Origin: Mobula hypostoma
Lineage: Eukaryota
Direction of reading: 5' to 3'
DNA length: 64,000 bases
NCBI RefSeq assembly: GCF_963921235.1
Contig: NC_086108.1
Location: forward strand, 94,614,001-94,678,000
Shown here: positions 12,001 through 23,149 of the stretch, piece by piece
Numbering within the stretch: position 1 is the first letter of the stretch
Layout: each line of letters begins with the position of its first letter
Position numbers and translations under genes: made by a program
The notes under the pieces: generated by a model
What the model saw: the letters and a program-made list of their open reading frames with translations, nothing else
Told to the model about the DNA's origin: nothing
The model's database searches: none

Positions 12001-15000
12001 TTATATATTACTGTATCGCATAGTTAATAATAAATATAATTAGTTTATAGCAATACTGGACTCCAAAGTGTTTTCCATCTCTGCTGGTTCTTAATTCCCG
12101 TCACGGGGTTCGTGACAGAAGGCTTATGGAATGCTTGCTTTTAGTAGTCGAGGCATTGTTCAAAAATTGAGGTTATATTGCAACGTTAGAAGACTCTGTT
12201 TAGGCCACGTTTGGAGTACTGCGCACAGATCTGGTCGCCCCACTGTAGGAAGGATGTTGAGGCTTTGGAGAGGGTGCAGGAAAGTTTTACCAGAAAGCTG
12301 CCTGGCTTAGAGGGTATGTGCTATCATGAGAGTCTGAATAAACAGGTTGTTTCCTCTGGAGCCTCGGAGGCTGAGGGGAGATCTGATAGAGGTTTGTAGG
12401 ATTATGAAAGGCATAGATGGACTGGACAGAGAGCACCTCTCTCCCCAGGGTAGAAATAACTAATACCCAGAGGCCATCCATTGAAGGTGCGAGAGGGTAG
12501 GTTCAAGAGGAATGTGAGAAGTAAGTTTTTTTACTCAGAGTGGTGGATGCCTGGAATGCGCTGCTGGGTATGGTGGTAGAGAAAAATACATTAGAGGCTT
12601 TTAACAGACGTTTAGATAGGCACATGAATGCGAGGAAGGAGGAGGAATATGGACATTGTGTAGGAAGGAGGGATTAGATTTTCTGACGGTTTTTGATTTA
12701 CTCTTTAGCTGGTTCCTTCTGTGTTCTACAATCAATGTTCTTCCATGCCTGGGGATCCTCAAATCAATACCAGAGGCATTTGAAAATCTAAACTACACAA
12801 ACAATGTGAATCGCAGCTGCTAAGGCGGCACATAAAGCAGCAATGTAAGTTGGGAAAGGGGTATAGTGAGTTCTTCCTCATACAGTGCTCCAGATTGGGG
12901 AAATGTTTACACACCCAACATTTTAGGAAATTTCTTCCCTTCCACCATCAGATTTCTGAATGGACGATCAACCAACCCAGGAACATTTTTTATACTCTCT
13001 TTTTGCACTATGTGCTTAATATTATATATCCCTTTTGAAATAAGAAGTGCAAACACCGAGAGCAAATGTGAGTGTATATATATATAAAACTGAAAATTTT
13101 TTTAATGTCTTGTACCTATACTGCTGCTGCAAAACCAGAACTTTTACAACATACTGTATGTTGGTGATGCTAAACCCGTTTCTGATTCTGAAAAGCTGTG
13201 CGTAGGGAGCAGTAACTAATTCTCAGATAGGTCAGGTTACACTCCAGTGAGTCCCCCCCCATTAGCTTTTGTTCAGAGTGCCATACTGCGCGCTGACCAG
13301 AAATTAAACTAATCAAGAGTAGGTTTAAAATGAAAAACCTTCACAGTAATTTGAAAAGAAAACGTACATAGCTTGGTTATGAATTTTTCCTCACTTTGTG
13401 AGTAGCTGAATAAAAAGCTGATTCCACCTATCCTCCCTCTTGGTGGTTCTATTTCTGAATTTAAAGAACCAAAAGTACATTAAATTTTTTACAAAGTCAG
13501 AGAGCTTCCGGCTAGGAAAATCAATATTCCATCCACTACATCAGATGAAGTGTAAAAACAATGAACAACTGCATCTCAATAACAATTCAAGGACTTGAAA
13601 GATACTTCAAGGAGGTTTCTGGGTTGTCTCACTGACCCAAACTCACCACTGCATACATACAGACAGACATAGAACAGTCATTATTACCGAACAAGTGGTC
13701 CTGAGACATCAGCTGGGACTAATTTTGTAATGTTTAGGCAGAGAAGTGGAAGTGAAAACATGAAATGTTTAACAAACATTGTTCTGATCCAATGTGCTCA
13801 AAGATGCTTCTGATTGAACAAGGCAAGTTGAATGAATTCCACGTTCTTACTGTGTTGCTTTGGAATTAGGAGTCCTGCTTGTCTGGAGTTCCACTATAAC
13901 CCTGTGGAGAACCTCCCATGACCCAGGCACTATGTAATCAGTCACACCAGTTCTCTTCCTCATATCCTTTTGCCTTGAGACAAGATGATGTGTGCACAGG
14001 ATCTCTTTAGACTGTTCTATGCCTGTCCGTATGTATGCAGTGGTGAGTTTGGGTCAGTGAGACAACCCAGAAACCATCCTGAAGTATCTTTCAAGTCCTT
14101 GAATTGTTATTGAGATTCAGTTGTTCATTGCCTTTACACTTCATCTGATGTAGTGGATGAAATATTGATCTTCCCATCTGGAAGCTCTCTGACTTTGTAA
14201 ATAATTTAATGCACTTTTGGTTCTTTAAATTCAGAAATAGAACCAAAGCTGATGCTCTGAGAAAATTATAAGAACAAGAGATTCTGCAGATCACAAGCAC
14301 GAGGAAGTCTGCAGAGACTGGAACTCCAAAGCAACACACACAAAATGCGGGGGGAACTCATATTTAGTTTTTTTTTAGCTCGACGTCATGACAGGTGCGG
14401 AACTCAGTGAGGTGCGGGCGAAGGTGGACAAAGGTGAGGCACTTACTGAGGACAGAAAGTTCTGCCTCGGAGAGGGGAAAGTCGGAGGGAATAATGGAGA
14501 CCTGGCAAGGATGAGAGCTGGGATCGAGTGGGAGGGTGGGTTTGATGGTGGTTATTCAGAGGTAACACACACAAAATGCTGGAGGAGCTCAGCAAGTCAG
14601 GCAGTATCTATGGAGAGGAATAAACAGTTGACTCCACGTGAAGACTTTTCATTGGGATTTTATAGATGCTGCCTAACCTGCTGAATTTCTCCAGGATTTA
14701 GCATGTGTTACTCTGAACGTTGACAGATCTTATCACAGGTACTGGACAACTTAAAAACTTAATTCTCTTGCCTATTCCCAATTGCCTGCATAGCAAGAGA
14801 ACTGCTGGGCTATGGAGGACAATTAAGAGTTAACATATACTGTAGAATGAAGTGAGGATGCATTTACTTAAATACACACAGCATATCTTATCTCCTACAA
14901 ACAAAATTCTGGCACTCCTTTAACTACAGATGAAATCAGCAACTTTTAATATTTAAGATATCCCCAAGATCAATCTTAATTTGTTCATTATTAACTTTGA

Positions 15001-16774
15001 ATATTGTCTACTTATCAATTCTCACTATTCAAAGTTTGTTTTAATTTTTCAGGTCTACCTGCTCCAAACAGTTGATTCCCCTTTGTACCTCTGAAAAGGC
15101 TCTCTGAATTATTTTTCTTCACCCAACCTAGTTTTCCTAATCACATAAAGCTGCCTTGCTTTGTTCCAAGTCACTGCCAGGGTTCATGTGTAGCCCTGGC
15201 AACGGTGGGTGTAATTAGTTAATTTCAGGATGTGACCCAATCACAACAGCACACAGCTTAAGCACAACTTTTTAGTGTGTTTCAGTTACATATTGCAACA
15301 TCTAGTTTCCATAAATAGCACTGACGACACCATTCAGTACACATCTCTTGGTAGAAAAACCCTATTAAGCAGATTTCCCTGCAAATTACTCTCACAAAAA
15401 TTCAATTTGTTATATCTTAATTTGCCATATACTCATATTTACATGTACTGTATTATGAATTTGCTGTGGTGTGATATGCAACAAAAAACAATTATAAAGA
15501 ATTATATAAAGTTAAAAGTACAGTTACAGAGTACAATGTGCATAAATACATGAATGCCAGCATGTATTTAGAATGAAAAAAATATTATAAAAACTATTTA
15601 CCGTGTAGTGCAGTGACTGAGGTAATAGAGAGGTGGGGAGAGCTAATTAGATTGGTTGATCAGAATTATTACCTGGCGGACAAAACTTTTAGGATGGCAT
15701 AAAGTTTTTACTTTAATAGCCCTTTTGCGCTTTCTGGAAGGAGGTTCTTCAAAAAGGCAGCTTTCTGTGTGGATAGTGTCTACAATGATTTTTTTCATGC
15801 CCACATTCTCGTCCTGGACTCATACAAGCCCAGCAGTGATGCAGCCAATAACCTTTTCAGCTGTCCGACATTTCATTGTAGTTCCCGTAAATCGTGAGAG
15901 TGCGCTGATGTGAGGATGCTCTCAGTGATGTAGAATTGCACAGGATGTTCTGGGAAAGATGGAATTTTACCACCTACAGCAAGAAGTTTACCCTCTGCAG
16001 AACCTTTCTGTTAACGAAGGAGATACGGTTCTCCAAAATGAGGACCATATACTTGTCATTCAAATTTTTAAACATGTTATACAGAAGAATCATTAACTCT
16101 CCTACATCTATGGAGGGGAATAAACAAGATCAGGCCTGAACCTTCAGCGATTTAAACCCCTCCATAAATGCTGTCTGACTTGCTGCATTCCTTTAGCATT
16201 TTGTGTGCCACCTACTCAATAAACAGGGTTACACTCCCCTAGGTTTTCAGTGAAAAACCAAATTCTACGCTTGAAGTTCAACAAGAATGGATCTATATTC
16301 AATACCTGACATTATGTAAAATTCCAGGCTTGCTCAACAATACATCCACATTACCTGGTACACAATTCCATTCTTAAAGTAGCCCAGGAACTTGCTTGTC
16401 TCGTTGCCTTGTGCTTCCCTGTACTGCACGGGAGCACCTTGAAGACTTTCATCCAGTTGCACACAGTAAATGGCAGCAGATCCAGATTCATCCTTCTGGC
16501 ACTGATTTCCTGGAAAAAAATATCTATCAAAAACCAAACCACCCACAAAAAAAACAAGAGTTGCAACGCCTGAAGATATGAATGTACACATACCCAGCCA
16601 CATATGGATGCTACTCTTAAGATCCGCAGCCACGTTAAGGACAATGTAGGCATCACCGATGTAAAAGTTCCCATGCTGTGTCTCTGGGATTAACACAGGG
16701 TTCATGCTCTCGATCCTCCAGATGGTAAGACCTGGCTTTTTGCCGACATTGTCAAATGCTTTGTGGAAAGCCAT
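8897..16774 (-). CDS. scinl: Gelsolin-family actin-severing/capping protein, scinderin-like (5' six coding exons; 3' end not found in window)
   Basis: Spliced exons 16774-16594, 16509-16355, 10026-9865, 9492-9343, 9253-9164 and 9029-8897 give 871 nt in frame: [22 protein letters not shown]...[15 protein letters not shown]...[13 protein letters not shown]...[13 protein letters not shown]...[10 protein letters not shown]...LGPKPDLP...ISDASG...[14 protein letters not shown]. All introns are GT-AG. Exon sizes 155/162/150/90/133 match the gelsolin/scinderin layout. [19 protein letters not shown] and ISDASG resemble scinderin(-like) more than CAPG or GSN. The family is certain; the paralog symbol is tentative. 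Confidence 0.93.
9164..9253 (-). CDS. scinl: scinderin-like coding exon 5 (90 nt, G2-G3 linker)
   Basis: GGCAG|TTA ... ATG|GTAACA; encodes [30 protein letters not shown]. Confidence 0.92.
9343..9492 (-). CDS. scinl: scinderin-like coding exon 4 (150 nt, G2)
   Basis: TTGCAG|GAG ... GAG|GTGGGC; encodes [50 protein letters not shown]. Not in the ORF track; translated by hand. Confidence 0.93.
9865..10026 (-). CDS. scinl: scinderin-like coding exon 3 (162 nt, G1-G2 linker and G2)
   Basis: TTGCAG|GAA ... GCT|GTAAGT; encodes [54 protein letters not shown]. Confidence 0.95.
10590..10772 (-). mobile_element. tRNA-derived SINE fragment sharing its head/core with the 33286 SINE
   Basis: The reverse complement contains B-box GTTCGAGCC and ccttgagcaaggcacttaaccacacattgctcta. 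Confidence 0.6.
11232..12117. mobile_element. Solo LTR (Gypsy-type) inserted in a CR1 fragment
   Basis: TG...CA termini, 4-bp TSD GAAG (11228-11231 and 12118-12121). The interrupted CR1 frame ([15 protein letters not shown]) rejoins across it. Confidence 0.8.
12118..12700 (+). mobile_element. CR1 LINE 3' fragment (continues from about 11110-11231)
   Basis: [30 protein letters not shown]. Confidence 0.85.
13444..14245. repeat. Long inverted repeat (two 236-bp arms, 330-bp spacer) in a scinderin-like intron
   Basis: 13444-13679 is the reverse complement of 14010-14245, with roughly 15 mismatches by eye. Confidence 0.92.
16355..16509 (-). CDS. scinl: scinderin-like coding exon 2 (155 nt, G1 long helix)
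   Basis: TTTTTTTCCAG|GAAAT ... CAG|GTAATG; encodes [51 protein letters not shown]. Confidence 0.95.
16594..16774 (-). CDS. scinl: scinderin-like coding exon 1 (ATG; G1 N-terminal part)
   Basis: Acceptor TTCTAACCCGCAG|GCAATGG, ATG at 16774-16772, donor G|GTATGT; encodes MAFHKAF...SIHMWLG. Confidence 0.92.
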
Positions 16775-16853
16775 TGCCTGCGGGTTAGAAGGGGGACAAT
16801 GAAGAAACTGTAGATAGGAAATAAACAATTAACAGGACTTTTTTTTAGAGATA

Positions 16854-17386
16854 CAGTAGAATCCAGTTAATTGAGACACATTGGGACCAGTACGTTTTGG
16901 CTTAATTCAGCTGCTGCCCCAAGCAGCTGAAGTTTCATGGAAATAGTTAAAAAGGTATATAAAAAAAATACAAACTGAGTAACAAATTATGCAGTTAGAT
17001 GAAATACAAAACAAATTGGAGCACTACTACAGTACTATAACACAGTATATTAGTCCCTAATAGTTAATGACAGAGGAATTCATCCAGTGTACGTCATGAC
17101 AAAATCAACACAGACACCTAGTGCAGATAATGGACTCTCTTCATACAATGCCTCAAACATGCCACACTGACACTATTTAAATACCGTTCCCCCTAAGGAC
17201 AGTGTAGTGTCTAGCGGCCACACAAGTGTGTGCAACTGATGCTAGTTAGAAACCGTTCAGCGAGTCTCCTAAATAAACAAAGGGAATCTTGGCAATTTTC
17301 TCATTGAGTTTTTGTTTTTTTAATAGTCATCCCAAATAAGCGGCTGCCCTGATAAACAGATGGCCCAAATGAGCCGGAATCCATGG
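16854..17386. mobile_element. Non-autonomous pogo/Tigger-like DNA transposon (MITE)
   Basis: TA|CAGTAGAATCCAGTTAATTG ... CAAATGAGCCGGAATCCATGG|TA imperfect TIRs with TA flanks. Confidence 0.6.
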
Positions 17387-18865
17387 TAAATCACGAGCAG
17401 TAAAAAGGCCCTTCCAACTCAATAAGCACATATCTCTCAATTCCATGCACATGACTAATTAACCTGCTAACCCAAATGCCTTTGGGCTGTTGGAGGAAAA
17501 TGGAAACCCATGCAGTAACGAGGAAAAAGTACAAACTCCATACAGGCAGCTGCAGGAATTGAACCTGGATCCCTGGAACTGTAACAGCGTTACGCTAACT
17601 GCTATGCCACTGTACTGTATAATAAATGCACTGCTAAGCTGAAGATCCTTTTCCCTTTGTACACTGCCGAACGCGATTGTTTCAAAGACGGGGAAATAAA
17701 TCAAGCAATTTAACAGGAGAGATTTATAATTGATCCAATCTCTAAAGTGTAGTTACTACCCAGCTCCTCCACATTAGAGGTAGGAAGCATCCTGGTGTAT
17801 TTCGCTTAATTCCGGCAATACCCCCAAAAGAGGAAAACAATAAAGGGCTTGTTGCAATAAATCTGAAATTTGAACTTTTGCCAAAAATCAGGTTTCTTGA
17901 CTTTAAAGTGTACAGATCTAGCAATTTGAGAACAATATTAAACTACAGATATTGGTTTTCTGCAGAACATCCTTTTAGATAGTTGGAATACAGACTATAT
18001 ATATAGTCCCCAAATAAATGCCACAACCAATACCCCCATGCCAAATTCAACGCCTGCAGAAAACTCTTTCCTGTCTGAAAGCTTCGCTAATAGTAGACCC
18101 TAAGCAATAAATATTGTACTGTGGCTGGACTGAATTCAGAGAGGATCATTTCCTGTGAAAACTGAGAGAACACACCACTTTAAAGCTCACTCTCTTCACT
18201 GCAAGGGAAAGCAAAAAGGCAGGCTCTGAATACCACCAGTTTGTGATAAACCGTGGAGAGCCATTCTAACCAGATTAGACCATTGAACACGCACAAAATG
18301 CTGGTGGAACTCCACAGGCTAGCCAGCATCTATGGAAAACAGTAACCAGTCGACGATCCAGGCCGACACCTTCCCCCAACCTACTTACTCTGATTTCTTA
18401 TATTTTTTCTACAGTCTTGACGACTCTTTACTCTTTTCCATAGATGCTGCCTGGCCTGCTGAGTTCCTCCAGCACTCTATGTGTGTTGCTTGGATTTCCA
18501 GCATCTGCAAATTTGCTCTTGTTTTATATCATTGAAGATAAGACTATTCTAATCTTCCAAAAGTGATGCCTCAAAAAGGTGGCATCTGTTATTAAAAACC
18601 TCCATCACCCAGGATATGCCCTCTTATCACTGATACCATCAAAGATGGGGTACAGGAGCCTGAAGACACATACTCAGTGTTTCAGGGCAGCTTCTTCTCC
18701 TCCACCAGCAGATCTCTGAATGGAAAATGAACCCATGTACACTACCTCACTACTTTTTTCTCTCTTCTTGTAAAACTTATATAAGTATATAAAATTGCAA
18801 TTTATATCTTTTTTATTATGCATAGAAATGTATTGCTGCCACAAAACAACATATTTCATGACATA

Positions 18866-20444
18866 CAGCGGTGCTAGGAAGTTTATGAACCCTGTAGAAT
18901 TTTTTCTATTTCTGCATAAATATAAGCTAAAACGTGACAGATCTTCACTTAAGTCTTAAAACTAGATAAAAAGAACCCAAGTAAATAAATAACACAAAAA
19001 CATTATACTTGTTCATTTATGTATTGAGAAAAATGATCAAATATTACATGTATTTGTTAGAAAAAGTATGTGAACCTCTGGGGTAATGCCTTCTACAAAA
19101 GCTGTTTGGAGTCAGGTGAGATGAGATTGGAGGTGTGGGTTGTAGAGGTGTCCTGCCCGATAAAAAAAACCCACAAAGTCAGGTAACTGACAGAGCCTGC
19201 TCTTCTCAAGAAAGATCTGTTTATGTGCACCAAGCCTCGATCAAAACAACTTTCAGAGGACCTTAGAAGAATTATAGCTGGAAAAGGCTACAAAAGCATT
19301 TCTAAAAACCTGAATGTTCATCAGTCCACAGTAAGAGAAATTGTCTCCAAATGGATGAAACTCAATACTGTAGGAGAGGGATCCTGAAAAGATCACACCA
19401 AGAGCACAATATGCAATGCTGAAGGAGGTGAAAAGGAGCCCAAGGATAACAGCAAAATGACCTGCAGGAATCTCTAGAATTTGCTAAAGTCTCTGTCCAT
19501 GTGTCCATTATAAGAAAAAAAATACTTAACAAGAATGGTGCTCATGGAAGGACACCACCGAGGAAACCACTGCTCTCCAATAAAAAACTTTTCTGCACGT
19601 CTCAAGTTTGCAAAAGACCAGCTGGATGTTCTACAACATTTCTGGGACAATGTTCTGTGGACAGATGAGATAAAAGTTGAACTTTTGGCAGAAAAGCACA
19701 TTTCTATGTTTGGAGGAAAAAGGGCACTGCACACCAACACCAAAACCTCAACCCAACTGTGAAGCATGGTGGAAGGAGCATCATGGCTTGGGGCGGCTTT
19801 GCTGTCTCAGAGCCTGGACAGCCTGCAATCGTTGAGAGAACAATGAATTCAAAATTGCATCAAGACATTTTACAGGAGAATGTCAGGGTAACAGTCTGTT
19901 ACCTGAAACTTAATAGAAGTTGGATAATACAACAAGACAATGACCTAAAGGACAAGAGTAAATCAACAGCATGATTTAAAAAGAAGAAAATTTGTGTTTT
20001 GGAGTCAAAGTCCTGATCTTAATCCTGTAGAAATGTTGTGGAAGGACCTGAAGCAAGCAGTTCATGCAAGGAAGCCCACTAACATCCCAGAGTTGAAGCA
20101 GTTTTGTAAGGAGGAATGACTTAAACTTCCTCCAAGCCGATGTGCAGGACTGATCAACAGTTACCAGAAACGTTTGGTTGAAGTTAAATTGCTGTACAAG
20201 GGCGTCCTACCAGTTATTGAACGCAAAGGTTCACGTACACTTTTTAACAGATGCATGTAAATTTGAATTGAATGTAATATTCTCAATACATAAATGAACA
20301 AGTATAATGTTCTTATTTTATTAATTTAATTGTATTCTCTTTATCTAGTTTTAGAAGTTACGTGAAGATCTGATCACATTTTAGTCATATTCATGCAGAA
20401 ATAGGGAAAATTCTACAGGATTCACAAACTTGCTAGCACTACCA
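18866..20444 (+). mobile_element. Full-length but degenerate Tc1 transposon (about 1.58 kb) nested in a Rex1-type 3' tail
   Basis: Inverted termini of about 210 bp (CAGCGGTGCTAGGAAGTTT...). Frameshifted transposase pieces FWDNVLWTDE, KHGGRSIMAWG, QQDND, SPDLNPVEMLW (DDE-type catalytic motifs). Confidence 0.92.
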
Positions 20445-21708
20445 GTGATGTTAAACCTAATTTTATTTATTCTGTTTGCTTTTAGTTTGAGAATGGAAAG
20501 GAAATTGTTGAGTTTTATTTGACTTATCAACTTCTGTATTTTGCTTCTCCAAAATGTATGTTTGCACTAGAAATAAATAAATAAATTCAGCTAATTACAC
20601 AGGGCCAGGACACCACCAATGTTACTATTATCAAATCATAGTCTACATCATTTTAGGGATGGGGCTGTGAGATTTTTAACCAAGGGCAATTCATTACATG
20701 AAAAAAATTATAGACGCTGGAAATCTGAAGCAAGAACAGAAAGTGCAGGTAAACTCTGCAAGTCAGGCAGCATCCATGCAGAGAGAAACAAGAAGTCTGT
20801 AGCCTCTCCACATTCTCAACATACTTTCGAGGCCACTACTGGGATTAAGTGGATTGATGTAACCACCTCCCATGCCTGCAATGTTTCCCCAAACCATATT
20901 TTGATTATTAATGTATTCATTAAAATAAGGTGCCTTCACTACCACTTTTTTCAGCATACCATTCAGAAAGTCAATTGTGGAAAAATTACTTTTCAAAAAC
21001 AAGCAGTAATGACACCTCCAAAAGGCTGCAGATGCGATTGGGTTCAGCATGGGCAGTGGGGTGGTAAATGCAGTTTAACATGCAGCAGTACATTCCGTAA
21101 GATTATGAAATGCTAATTTGTTCTTTTCGGAACCATGAAACAAACCTATTTTCTTTTAAAAAGTAGCAAGTAAGGCCATAATACAGTATATTAAGCCTTC
21201 CTTGCCAAAAGACTCGACCCCTAACCACAGCCACAATTTACTTTTCTCTACACTGCACCAGAATATGTGGATCACAGATCAGTCTCTACAGCCACCTGAG
21301 GATGCACTAATAGACAACCCCTTAGAAGAACATCATACCGAACTCGAGTGATGACACTACTACTGATACAGTATATATACATATGAACTCCATGCCATAT
21401 AGATAGAAGTTTGAACAAAATAGCAAAAACAGATTAATGTTGAATAGTCAATAGTCATAGTCATACTTTATTGATCCCGAGGGAAATTGATTTTCATTAC
21501 AGTTGCCCCAACCAAGAATAGAGTATAAATATAGCAATATAAAACCATAAATAATTAAATAGTAATATGTAAATTATGCCAGGAAATAAGTCCAGGACCA
21601 GCCTATTGGCTCAGGGTGTCTGACCCTCCAAGGGAGGAATACATGGAAGACTACAACTGGAACATTGCTATGGACACCCTAGCACAGGAATATCGTTTAA
21701 CAGTGGAG

Positions 21709-22915
21709 ACAAGGGAAAATCTGCAGATGCTGGAAATCCAAACGACACACACAAAATGCTGGTGGAACTCAGCAGGCCAGGCAGCATCTATGGAAAAGAG
21801 TAAATAGTCATTTCATGCCAAGATCCTTCATCAGGACTGGACAAGAAGGTGAGAAGTTAGAACAATAAGGTGAGGGGACTGGAGGAAGAAATACAAGGTG
21901 AAAGGTGGTAGATGAATGCGGGAGGGAGGTGAAGTTAAGAGCTGGGAAGCTGAAAGAGGACTGGAGAAGGGGGAATCTGATAGGAGAGGGTAGATGACCA
22001 TGGAAGAAAGGGAAGGGGAGGAGCACCAGAGAGAGGTGATGGACAGGTGAGAGGATGAGGTAAGAGAGGGAAACGAGAATGGGAATGGTGAGGGGGGGGG
22101 AGAAATTTTGGAAGTTTGAGAAATCGATGTTCATGCCACCAGGTTGGAGGCTGCCCAGACAGAATATAAGGTGGTGTTCCTTCAATCTGAGTGTGGCCTC
22201 ATCGTGGCAGTAGAGGAGAGCATGGATTGACATGTCGGAATGGGAATGGAAAGTAGAATTGAAATGGATAGCCGCCAGTTGATCCCACTTATCCTGGCGG
22301 TCGGTGAAGCAATCTTCCAATCTACACTGGGTCTCACTGACATGCAGGAAGCCACACCAGGAGCACTGGATACAGTAGACTACCCCAACAGCCTCACAGG
22401 TGAAGTGTCACCTCACTTGGAAGTACTGTTCGGGGCCCTGAATGGTAGTGAGAGAAGAGGTGTAGGAGCAGGTGTAGCACTTGTTTCACTTGCAAGAATA
22501 AGTGCCAGTAGGGAGATCAGTGGGGAGGGACAAATGGACAATGGAGTCACATACGGAGCAGAGGTGGAAGAAGGGAAGAAGGTGGTGGGATAATGTTGGA
22601 GATGGTGGAAGTTATGGACAGTTATGTGGTGGTGGTAGGTGAGGACAAGAGGTACCCTATCACTGGTGGGGTAGCAGGAGGATAGGGTGAGGCCAGACAT
22701 GTGAAATGGAAGATATGTAGGTGAGAGCAGGTGGAGGAAGGAAGACATCTCATTAGTTCTAGAATGAAAAGGCTCATCCTGACAGCAAATATGGTGAAGA
22801 CGGAGGAACAGAGAGAAGGGGAGGGCATTTTTACAAGTGACAGGGTGGGAGGAGGTATAGTCCAGGTAGATGTGAGAATCATGGAGCAGATTCACCAGGG
22901 AGTTGCTGGAAATTA
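21709..22915 (-). mobile_element. Penelope-like retroelement (RT C-terminus, GIY-YIG region, pLTR), degenerate
   Basis: YLDYTSSHP..CKNALPFS.FLRL..IC and HFNS..HSHSDMSI..LLYC..EATLRL.E.HLIF.LGSLQP.GMN motifs. Confidence 0.85.
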
Positions 22916-23149
22916 GGTTTATAATTAGAATCACGGTGGCTTGGAAAATTAGAGCTCATTATGAGAAGTTATGCCAAATGGCCTGGTGGAGTTCCTTGGA
23001 GTTTTACGAAGACTCATGATCTGAGAGATGGAAAACTGGAGGTTAGACATGTGGCTTAAAACGTGCAATTGTGCAAGGCCTTGCGTTGCTGTTGCACTGT
23101 CAAAGAACAGAGTGGACCCGCCTACTCTGCTCAGTCTCAATATCGTGTA

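Noticed and set aside
8897..16774. Calling the gene CAPG or plasma gelsolin
   Set aside because: The G1-G2 linker and G2 motifs ([16 protein letters not shown]) do not fit CAPG (GGVESAF, KLYQVKGKK), and no signal-peptide exon is seen.
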